A DNA stretch of 63,981 nucleotides, the filler included, from Bdellovibrionota bacterium (GTDB taxonomy: Bacteria; Bdellovibrionota; Bdellovibrionia; Bdellovibrionales; JAEYZS01), in NCBI GenBank assembly GCA_963169515.1. It is 5 parts of 5 records of this genome, joined end to end, with 100 filler letters (N's around TTAATTAATTAA, not from the genome) between each part and the next. Parts side by side here need not be neighbours in the genome. Positions count along the whole stretch, not along the records: positions 12,378 to 32,213 come from CAUJEF010000084.1; 4 more parts are not named here. The stretch is one strand, 5' to 3'. Below, piece by piece: positions 18,939-26,957 of this stretch (positions are counted from its first letter, which is position 1; every line of letters starts with the position of its first letter). The notes below the pieces were generated by a model. The model searched no databases. It was not told where the DNA came from and was given only the letters and a program-made list of their open reading frames with translations. A program made the translations under genes and the position numbers.

Positions 18939-20132
18939 TTAGTATAAAGGATCCGCAATTCGGTTGCGGGAAATTATAATTTGACTGATCCAAGTTTGAG
19001 CAATGGCGTGTGTCTGCGCAGGGTCTTTGAGTGTCATAAATAAGGCCCAACTGAACACACCAAGTTTTTGCGTCGGCGACCATCCCGCTTCACCGGGGCT
19101 ATTCCCCCTTCTGATGACAATTCCACTGGCGCGATGTAACAGCTGAACAGGCTGTCCCGGCAATCCCCCATAATACTCTACCGTGCTGTTTGTAAAACCA
19201 CTCTGTGCTCCCCCACCAAGGCTTGAATTCCCCGTACCCTGCGGGCCCGTTTTTATATGAACCATCAGTGTCAGCCATGTGTCAGGTTTGTAGAGAAAAC
19301 AACTCTGAGGATCCGCAGCATTACCGGTGCTTCCAGAATAAAGACATGAAGTCGGGTTCGACAAACCTTTATTCATATCTGTGTATGCATTGCCCGTGTA
19401 TGTTGTGAATGGCTGATAAAACGAACAACCATGATACATACGCGGCCACTTGTATTCTGACTGCCCACCATGACGGGCGATCATAACAATTTCATTCTCA
19501 GAGCAAAACCGGACATCATTAAGAGTATTATTTTCTTTCGTGTTCGTCCCTTGAAAACCGTAATAAGCCCGCTTAGGTGAGTACGGCATTGGGCTTTGCA
19601 TCCCCTCTGAAACCATCAGAGATTTCCAAGTCGTCGTACGTCCTCCAAGCTGCGCGAACGCGAGTGTCGCCATCGGTGAATTCACGCGTTGCTTCCATTG
19701 TATCCAGACTTCGTCATTTTCTCCAATTTGCTCAGAGTATTTATCTATAGAAATAAACCAATTATCTGAGCGCTCTGAAGTGCCTTGAGGTAAATCCCAA
19801 CGCAACGATGCTGAGCTACCCGGCGGCACTACAGCTCTATCCACCAAGCGCGCCGTGGGATACTCGCTCTGCTTATAAGACATAACGGTGATACCGGGTT
19901 TAAGACTTCCCCATGTCCAATCGCCTCCATTCGAAGGCAGATTGGAAAAATCATAAGCCGCTATAACACCACTTGCTGTTGATCGATTTTTCCAATCATC
20001 CTCGGCTGATGTTGCACTACATGAAGTCTGCACCAACGGTCCACCCTGCACGCGTGTCGTGGGTGGTGGACAAATTCGTGCATCAGCTAAAACTCCACTC
20101 AAAAATACAAAAATAGAGACAAGGCTTTTCAT
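18939..20132 (-). CDS. Sec-exported beta-rich protein (ConA/polysaccharide-lyase-like fold suspected) with CPP-tag
   Basis: Signal ...VLADA; SLRWDL, VWIQWKQR, DTWLTLMVHIK, TWISQIIISRNRI resemble a lyase-like jelly-roll; tag at 20019-20072. Confidence 0.7.
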   Translation of the reverse strand: MKSLVSIFVFLSGVLADARICPPPTTRVQGGPLVQTSCSATSAEDDWKNRSTASGVIAAYDFSNLPSNGGDWTWGSLKPGITVMSYKQSEYPTARLVDRAVVPPGSSASLRWDLPQGTSERSDNWFISIDKYSEQIGENDEVWIQWKQRVNSPMATLAFAQLGGRTTTWKSLMVSEGMQSPMPYSPKRAYYGFQGTNTKENNTLNDVRFCSENEIVMIARHGGQSEYKWPRMYHGCSFYQPFTTYTGNAYTDMNKGLSNPTSCLYSGSTGNAADPQSCFLYKPDTWLTLMVHIKTGPQGTGNSSLGGGAQSGFTNSTVEYYGGLPGQPVQLLHRASGIVIRRGNSPGEAGWSPTQKLGVFSWALFMTLKDPAQTHAIAQTWISQIIISRNRIADPLY

Positions 20133-20139
20133 TAATATC

Positions 20140-20167
20140 TTGTCGGTCCGTTTTGAGACTCCCTAGA
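20140..20167 (-). promoter_or_regulatory. Putative sigma28-like promoter of the leftward two-gene unit
   Basis: Minus strand TCTAG-N15-ACCGACAA, 7 nt before the ATG at 20132; same geometry as the 2342 site. Confidence 0.4.
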
Positions 20168-20381
20168 TAAAACAAGCTCAAAAATCGCCACTCGTGTATC
20201 ATTATGAGATTCAGCAAGAAGTTTCATCTTGAGATATTCAAAGCATATTCCGATTAAACAACTGCGAGCTTGAACATCTATTAAACGTCAGCAACGAAGT
20301 AGACAGTTTTGAGAAGTCATAACGTATTTACTTGCGCTTTATAGGTTTGAATTTTGCAGTAATTATGCTGAGGGGATAGGA

Positions 20382-20939
20382 ATGAAATACAGCGCAAAGT
20401 GGTGGGGTTTATTTCTTACTGGGATTTTTTTAACTTTATTTAACAACTGCGGCCAAGGTTTTAAAGCCTTGGATATGAATGTGATATCTTCCACAGGCCA
20501 GCCGACCAGCACCCCCACACCAAACCCGACCTCAACGCCAACTGCAACCACTACCCCACGTCCAAGCCCAACCTTGACACCACCACCATCGCAGACCCCA
20601 ACGCCGACGCCAACGGGAACAGTCAGACCGTCGCCAACGCCTTCCAGTACGCCCACACCAACCCCAAGCCCGGTGCTGCGTACTGCGACCCTTTCTTGGA
20701 GTGCCCCAACGCTTAACGAAGATGGAACACCAGGTACAGCTCGTGGGTATAAAATTTATTACGGAACCTCTAGCGGAAATTACACAACCACTGTAAGCGA
20801 GGCCACCATTGGCAACAACACAAGCTATGTCGTAACAGGCTTGCAATCAGGACGAACCTATTATTTTGCAATAGTTTCTATTGATGCCGCCGGGGAAGAT
20901 AGCCGAATGACAAATGAGCTACCTTATCTTGTGCCGTAG
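20382..20939 (+). CDS. Putative lipoprotein: Pro/Thr stalk plus single fibronectin type III domain
   Basis: FLTLFNNC signal, (PT)n linker, LSWSAP...GYKIYYG...YVVTGLQSGRTYYFAIVSID. Confidence 0.85.
   Translation: MKYSAKWWGLFLTGIFLTLFNNCGQGFKALDMNVISSTGQPTSTPTPNPTSTPTATTTPRPSPTLTPPPSQTPTPTPTGTVRPSPTPSSTPTPTPSPVLRTATLSWSAPTLNEDGTPGTARGYKIYYGTSSGNYTTTVSEATIGNNTSYVVTGLQSGRTYYFAIVSIDAAGEDSRMTNELPYLVP
20551..20614 (+). repeat. Copy 1 of a 64-nt near-identical repeat in a Pro/Thr linker
   Basis: 62/64 identical to 23723-23786 by manual alignment. Confidence 0.9.
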
Positions 20940-20956
20940 GATTTCTGGGGAAGAAA

Positions 20957-22285
20957 ATGAAACGCAGAGATTTTTTAAAATCAGCAGCAGGGACCGCCGC
21001 TGGAATTGTCCTACCGCAAGTTGTGTTCGGTCGCCTGTGCCCCCCGCCTTCAGCAAATATAAACGGTGGTCCCAATATCTTAACAAGCTGCCAAGCACTG
21101 ACACCCGCCGAAGATTGGCGGCTGCGGTCGACAGGGCCAGGGGTCGTTTGGGCGACAGATTTTTCTGAATCACCAGGTGCAATAGAAAAATTTATTTTAC
21201 GAAACCCCGGCACTCCCGCTGATTGGACCAAACTTGATCCCACTGAAGGGATTCGTCGTGGTGGTGCCTTACGCCAATATTGCGGCGCTGGCAGTGCAAA
21301 CGGGCATAAGTGGCCGCGACCTTTTTCACCATTTCCGGCAGATTCAAAATTCAACCTTCCGGCCGATCGTGGATTTACAACTGGAATTGGCGGCAATACC
21401 ACTGGCGTCCAATGGCCAAACTCGGGGCAAGCTCCGTCAGCAACGAATTATCACTACTGGCGCTATGGGCTCTATGGTCACAGCAGCTACTGGAATACGA
21501 CCCGCGAGTACGCGACAACGACGCCATGGGAATGGATTCAAAAGCCCGGCAGCGTCACGCGTGATTTTTACGTCCAAGTACGCATGAAAATATCAGCATC
21601 GCTATTTAGTGTTCAAAATCTTATTGCAAATGACCACCGCGGTAAACTGGTTTACATTGATCTTTGTGGCGGCGGAAACGGCGAACTCGTTGCCTTCAGT
21701 CCCGCAGAGACGACATCAGGTAATTATGTGAGTCACCGCAGTCGCTTTTATACGAACTTCAATGGCTATGATTTGGAAAACATGGTCCTCGGTAACGGAC
21801 CAGTTAACGCCCAACCCGGAAGTGCATGGGCAACAACGTGCAAAACCAATTCGGCTGACCCAAACCTTTGCTGGAGTATGCCCGAAGACGAGTGGTTCAC
21901 GTTCCTATTTCACGTCATTCCCGGTCGACAAAATACGGTTATGGGCACCTACCAGTACAACCCGCATGGCGGCTATCAAAATGCAACATACAAGGATACG
22001 GGCGTTGAGGTCTGGGCACACAAACGTGGCGAAACAGGCTACACGCTTATCCATCGCCGTGTGCTCTCGAGCCCCACAGCCAATGATGCCTATGCGTGGT
22101 ATTGGTCCGCCACCACAGAATCATATTACAATAACACTGCCGGACCGATAGGTTTTAATGAATTTGAGATTAATGCCTACATGGGTTCAAGAAATTCGCC
22201 AAGCGAGCAGGCGTGGACCCGTTGGTTTGATCAGATTATTTTCTCGCACGAATTTATTCCTTGTCCAAAGGATGGTGTTGGATGA
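20957..22285 (+). CDS. Tat-exported beta-rich protein, paralog of 18939..20132, with CPP-tag
   Basis: MKRRDFLK; AEDWRLRSTGPGVVWATDFS matches AEDDWKNRSTASGVIAAYDFS; FYVQVRMK, DEWFTFLFHV, WFDQIIFS; tag at 21038-21091. Confidence 0.75.
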   Translation: MKRRDFLKSAAGTAAGIVLPQVVFGRLCPPPSANINGGPNILTSCQALTPAEDWRLRSTGPGVVWATDFSESPGAIEKFILRNPGTPADWTKLDPTEGIRRGGALRQYCGAGSANGHKWPRPFSPFPADSKFNLPADRGFTTGIGGNTTGVQWPNSGQAPSATNYHYWRYGLYGHSSYWNTTREYATTTPWEWIQKPGSVTRDFYVQVRMKISASLFSVQNLIANDHRGKLVYIDLCGGGNGELVAFSPAETTSGNYVSHRSRFYTNFNGYDLENMVLGNGPVNAQPGSAWATTCKTNSADPNLCWSMPEDEWFTFLFHVIPGRQNTVMGTYQYNPHGGYQNATYKDTGVEVWAHKRGETGYTLIHRRVLSSPTANDAYAWYWSATTESYYNNTAGPIGFNEFEINAYMGSRNSPSEQAWTRWFDQIIFSHEFIPCPKDGVG

Positions 22286-23565
22286 AACGCAGAAAATTCT
22301 TAATCAGTTCTGCAAGTGCAGCCTTTCTGTATGGATTGTCGCGCGCCCAAGCGAAGATGTGCCCGCCACCGCTAGTAAATATCACGGGGGGCGGTCAGTC
22401 TGCGACCTCGTGCGGGGGGGGCAACAGCACAGGTGCGGCGGTTGCAGCAAACACAGTTGCCCTCGTGGGAACTAATACTGAATTATCCATACGCCCGAGC
22501 GTCTTCAATACAAGCGATTGGGAATATACACTTTTTACCTCATATAGCGGTGGATGTTTTGTTCCCGGGTGGGGCACACATGGCGCCTATGTTATTTGTG
22601 GTACTGGTGGCCACCAAGCACCTGAAAATTATGACGCTGCGATATTTGATTTTTCCGATTACACTTGGAAATATATTCCAAACACAAACGGGGTCAGGGC
22701 CGATCCCACCCCTCTACCACCAAGTGCCGTAACTTCACCATATTGTGAAATCCCCGGTACAGAAGTTCCTGCTCCCGCACACGTCTATAAACATCAAATC
22801 GGTATAGGCAATGCGGTTTATTGGCCTACAAATACCTTTGCAACCACGATTGCATCTGGCGGTAACTATTTACATCGTTATACTTTGAATCCAAATGGTA
22901 CTGGCACATGGGCTCGGATTGCGACGAACAGTACCTTCAGCGCATTCCCCGGATTTGGAACCTATGGCGGCGCCAGCTACGCCGAGACTATTTTTGACAG
23001 GCGCCGAAACCGTTTATGGTTTTTAAACTGCATGATTCACTATGTTTCAACAATTCCATTTATTGATTTATCCGGCACCTCTTGGTCTGGTGCCCCAATA
23101 ACATCAGTTGCTTCTGGCGTCGATGGGAATGGCTTTATGATTCACGATGACGAGCAAGATTGCATATTTATGGGAACCAATGCAGGCCTCTTCCGACTTA
23201 ATTTATCAGGAACAAGGCTCGCCGGCTGGACGGCCGTAACTTCTTCGGGTCTGTCTTCAGTTGGTTTATCTGGGGGCTTTTGCACTCGATGGCATCGTTA
23301 TCCTGTGGCCGACGGAGGCGACGGCTGCTTTTATACCTATGTGGACAATGGTTCAAACACTTTGAAGCGGTTTGATCCCGTTAGCCGCGTATTTTCAAAT
23401 GTGACTGTGCAGAATGGTTCACCTATGCCACGGCAAAATCCTGCAAGTGGGCGCATTATTGATCTATCAATGGTTCATTACACTCGTTTTACATATGTCC
23501 CTGCACGCAAATGCTTTGCCTGGATTGCAGGCAATGGTCAGCGCGTAGCTTTGCTGCGTCCATAA
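22282..23565 (+). CDS. Tat-exported probable beta-propeller protein with CPP-tag
   Basis: Start MKRRKFL at 22282 (ATGA overlap with the upstream stop); YSGG...GGH, PAPAHVY; tag at 22360-22413. Confidence 0.75.
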   Translation: MKRRKFLISSASAAFLYGLSRAQAKMCPPPLVNITGGGQSATSCGGGNSTGAAVAANTVALVGTNTELSIRPSVFNTSDWEYTLFTSYSGGCFVPGWGTHGAYVICGTGGHQAPENYDAAIFDFSDYTWKYIPNTNGVRADPTPLPPSAVTSPYCEIPGTEVPAPAHVYKHQIGIGNAVYWPTNTFATTIASGGNYLHRYTLNPNGTGTWARIATNSTFSAFPGFGTYGGASYAETIFDRRRNRLWFLNCMIHYVSTIPFIDLSGTSWSGAPITSVASGVDGNGFMIHDDEQDCIFMGTNAGLFRLNLSGTRLAGWTAVTSSGLSSVGLSGGFCTRWHRYPVADGGDGCFYTYVDNGSNTLKRFDPVSRVFSNVTVQNGSPMPRQNPASGRIIDLSMVHYTRFTYVPARKCFAWIAGNGQRVALLRP

Positions 23566-23583
23566 CAAAAAGAGGCGAAGATT

Positions 23584-25029
23584 TTGAAATATAGATCGAT
23601 TTACAAAATTTGGATTCCGGTCTTTTTGATTTTTTTGTTTAACAACTGCGGACAGGGATTTCAGGCATTGAAATTTAATGATCTTTCAAGCGTTCAGTCA
23701 ACGCCAACTACAACTGCAACTGCTACCCCACGTCCAAGCCCAACCTTAACACCACCACCATCGCAGACCCCAACGCCAACGCCAACACCAACCACCACCC
23801 CGACGAGCACAATCAGACCATCCATCACGCCTGTTCCAAGCCCCGGCACAGCACCGTCATGGTTTTTAAATATGCGCGACAAAACATGGGCAATAGTTCC
23901 TGTGACAAACACAATCCGAGATGTCTTCCCGAGCCCAAGACCCTACGGCGCAGGCCCAGGAGCGGTAACCGCCGCCTACACTGGAGCTTGCCTAGATCAG
24001 GTTCGGGGAGAATTAATTCTTGCCGCAAATGGTGGCCATACTGATTATTACGGTAACGAAGTTTACGCTGTTGCATTAAGGAAAGAATCCACTGCATGGG
24101 TTCGACTTACTGACCCAACCCCGAATCAATACATCACAGGGATGGACCGCGGTGTCGGAGAAACCGAACACGCATATCTGGATGGAAAACCACGAGCCGT
24201 CCACGGTTGGAACCGATGCGCTTTTGCCAACGGCAAGGTTTGGTATGTGGGATTAACAGGTATGGCCGCAGGCAACTCTGGAGGTTCGACTGCGATTTAT
24301 ACTTTTGATCGCGACATTGCCGGAAATGGTCCATTCCCAATTCCATCCGCCGACTCACCTTGGGTCTTTCACGGTTACAGTTTTAACCCACGCCCAGGCA
24401 ACGCCACGAGTTGGGGAACAGAGGGGTCACCTTCGGTCTATGATCGCATCAGCAATCGAATTTATACATTTGCCGAGCACAGCTATTTTTCTGATAAGGC
24501 CTTGTGGTCCGTCGATGGATCAGATTTTTCAGTGAGAACCCATAATCGCGTAGCCGGAAACCCGGTATTTGGCGGAATGTGGGCTGCTGTTGCCCACGAC
24601 CTACGAATCCTCATGGTTTCAGAATACCATAAGTCCAATATTTGGATTCTAAATTTAAATGATCCTAACTATGAGCTTCAACCGAGAACAACGGCTATGG
24701 AGGATGGTGAAGTTGGCTTTGTGAACAATTCGCGCTTTGGGGCTGTTTACCACCAGGCAAGCCGTGCGATCTTTACGTATGACAAATTGGGCTCATCGAT
24801 CCGGAAATTGAAAATACCTGACAATCCATTGACCGGAACATACACCTGGTCTGTTGTTGAAGCGGCACCGGAAAATCAGGTGGTTCCCGTTACTCCAGAT
24901 AATATGGCCGGAACCTATAGTAAATTTAATATTATAGAAGACATGGGAAACGGTCAGTCTGCAATCGTTCTTGTGACTGATACTCGAGGACCAGTCTATG
25001 TGTATAAAATTCCGCGACAGGGAATGTAG
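23584..25029 (+). CDS. Putative lipoprotein: Pro/Thr stalk plus probable beta-propeller domain
   Basis: TTG start after AGAGG; FLFNNCGQGF; PT linker; AYTGA...GGHTDYYGNEVY, DGKPRAVH. Confidence 0.75.
   Translation: MKYRSIYKIWIPVFLIFLFNNCGQGFQALKFNDLSSVQSTPTTTATATPRPSPTLTPPPSQTPTPTPTPTTTPTSTIRPSITPVPSPGTAPSWFLNMRDKTWAIVPVTNTIRDVFPSPRPYGAGPGAVTAAYTGACLDQVRGELILAANGGHTDYYGNEVYAVALRKESTAWVRLTDPTPNQYITGMDRGVGETEHAYLDGKPRAVHGWNRCAFANGKVWYVGLTGMAAGNSGGSTAIYTFDRDIAGNGPFPIPSADSPWVFHGYSFNPRPGNATSWGTEGSPSVYDRISNRIYTFAEHSYFSDKALWSVDGSDFSVRTHNRVAGNPVFGGMWAAVAHDLRILMVSEYHKSNIWILNLNDPNYELQPRTTAMEDGEVGFVNNSRFGAVYHQASRAIFTYDKLGSSIRKLKIPDNPLTGTYTWSVVEAAPENQVVPVTPDNMAGTYSKFNIIEDMGNGQSAIVLVTDTRGPVYVYKIPRQGM
23723..23786 (+). 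repeat. Copy 2 of the 64-nt Pro/Thr linker repeat
   Basis: 62/64 identical to 20551-20614. Confidence 0.9.
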
Positions 25030-25057
25030 TTGGCTCGCTCTGGAAACTTAGGACGGC

Positions 25058-25837
25058 TTATTTTATTGCGATTTTGAAATTACCATAGATAAGGCCCTGC
25101 GTCTTTGAAACAAAGTTATTTTGTGGGTTTTTTCTCGACCATGCTGCAATAAAATCCGTAAAACTCTTTTGCTCAAGCAAATCTGAATCATTCAGGGTTT
25201 GAATCGCTAGGATTTCTGATGGATTTTTTTCTAACAAAGGAAGTAATTCAGATGCAACAGTAATATGATTGCCACGATTCCAGTCTGCGTTTGATAAAGT
25301 CAGTTTTATTTTTTCTAAAAACGAAAATAAGCTCATCCCTTGGGGCATAGGATACGATTGAATCCGATCTTCAGCATATTTACTTAATGAATGGCTATAA
25401 TCTTTCCAGTTGGGATATGGCGGAGTCGTTTTCCACACCTCGGCCATGCGCCTCAACGTAAATAATGAACACATTTCGCCAATTACTTCTTCGAACCATT
25501 GATATTGGTCGCCCTTCCCATTTTCAAAGTTAGAAACGATGTGGCAGAGCTCATGCGAAAATTGAAAAGAAAACTGATCCCACCGATTGCCCTCTACCGA
25601 TAATCCGACGTTATAAGCACCATTATCCCCTTTTTCAAAATAAACTATTGGCCCTCCATCACGATGGACGACATTCACACGTATATTTCTATTTGGAAAA
25701 AACTCGATAACCTGCGCCGCCGCAGACGACAAAACGGCACGTATATCCGCTGCACTTGCGGTGAATTTATTGTCGACTTGAAGAATTTCAAAGCTCGCAA
25801 AGGCATTCAAACTGAATAGTAATAGCAGCAGACCCAT
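25058..25837 (-). CDS. Secreted HExxH (zincin-like) putative metallopeptidase
   Basis: Signal ...LNAFA; FSHELCH followed about 15 aa later by WFEEVIGE. Confidence 0.65.
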   Translation of the reverse strand: MGLLLLLFSLNAFASFEILQVDNKFTASAADIRAVLSSAAAQVIEFFPNRNIRVNVVHRDGGPIVYFEKGDNGAYNVGLSVEGNRWDQFSFQFSHELCHIVSNFENGKGDQYQWFEEVIGEMCSLFTLRRMAEVWKTTPPYPNWKDYSHSLSKYAEDRIQSYPMPQGMSLFSFLEKIKLTLSNADWNRGNHITVASELLPLLEKNPSEILAIQTLNDSDLLEQKSFTDFIAAWSRKNPQNNFVSKTQGLIYGNFKIAIK

Positions 25838-26025
25838 AGAGCTTCTTTATTGTGCAAAGTTAAGACCCACCGTCATGGCTCTTTGACGTTTGCAACCGAG
25901 ACTAAAGGGACCCCAGCTTGCTTCATTAAAGGTGGATTTCAAAAAATGTCAGGCTCTGTAAAAATATTAAACACCGATTGGTACTCGATGCGTCTGTACT
26001 CGAGACGACCTATTGCTTAAATAGG

Positions 26026-26592
26026 CTAACCCGATTGTAATAATCCGCTCTGACGCTGAATCAAAACTTTAGCGAGTCCTCGCCTGATTCCCTGCCCCTC
26101 AAGACGATTTATTTTTATATAATCTTTTAATGACAAACGAGCCTTCCAACCTGTCACCACGCGAGTAAAGGGGCGTAAATCCCAAAATTTTTTGATGCCC
26201 ACCTGCTCTTTCGTTTTCCATCGACTAACACCTGTTATTTTCATTGCGATAGCAGCTGTTATCGCACGAATAAACGGCTTATAAGCGTATCGATTTGTGA
26301 GCTGAATTTCCAAATGAATATGATTTCCAACATTGGCCCCATAAAGAAGCTTTACCCCATATTTTGTTGCAAATTTTTTCAATATATCCCTAGTGGCCGC
26401 TTTGTTTTTAGGCTCTAAAAACGACCATTTTCCATTGGCTAGCGACGATCTCAGAACCAGATGCATCGTTTGTCTGGTCACAATTGGGCGCCCCGAAATA
26501 CGGCCTTTTCGTTTTTTAAGGAGCTCGCCACCGTAGGATTTCTCTGCTTTATTAAAAAATTCCTTTTGCACGTGAACGAAGGTATAAAACAT
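26026..26592 (-). mobile_element. IS200-like Y1 HUH transposase (REP-associated tyrosine transposase-like)
   Basis: MHLVLRS, NVGNHIHL (HUH), FWDLRPFTRVV, DYIKIN (catalytic Tyr). No tnpB partner. Confidence 0.75.
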
Positions 26593-26957
26593 CTGCTAAA
26601 AGTACAAGAAAAATGCCAAGCGGTAAATTTTTAAAACTGGTACACCTGTGTGTTGGTAAAGAAAGTTTCCGTTCCTCTAACCTATTATTTTCTTGTAAAA
26701 ACGAGTTCCGCAAGGTGCGATGCTCACGGTAGCGCGCGGCGCTGCATGAGGACTGTCCGAGATTTTTACAAGAAAATAATTGGCGAAAGGAACCCAAGGT
26801 TGCAAATACGACACGTTCAGAGATATGGGGACTGTCGACGTTATCAAATGACTTTGAAAATTCTACATTTTCTACAATGACCTTTACAAAAAAAGGCTCG
26901 GCTTTTAAAACTTTAGATCAAGAGTACGGGTAAATTTTTTAATCATTAGGGTAAACA

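Noticed and set aside
18788..22413. First Cys of the CPP-tag as a lipobox Cys, or the tag as a RiPP core
   Set aside because: The preceding residues (AAL, ARI, GRL, AKM) do not fit a lipobox, AxA-type sites lie two residues earlier, and no RiPP modification enzymes are nearby. Not fully excluded.
20500..23830. Pro/Thr-coding CCA/ACN repeats as a CRISPR array
   Set aside because: They are in-frame linker codons with no repeat-spacer periodicity, and there are no cas genes.
17145..26957. Prophage or ICE integrated at tRNA-Cys
   Set aside because: No integrase, phage structural or conjugation genes and no attR copy seen; the Xis-like HTH belongs to the antitoxin.
26026..26957. IS605-type element with tnpB and omega-RNA
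   Set aside because: No RuvC-like TnpB/IscB ORF is adjacent; the ruvC at 29641 is the housekeeping gene in ruvCAB.
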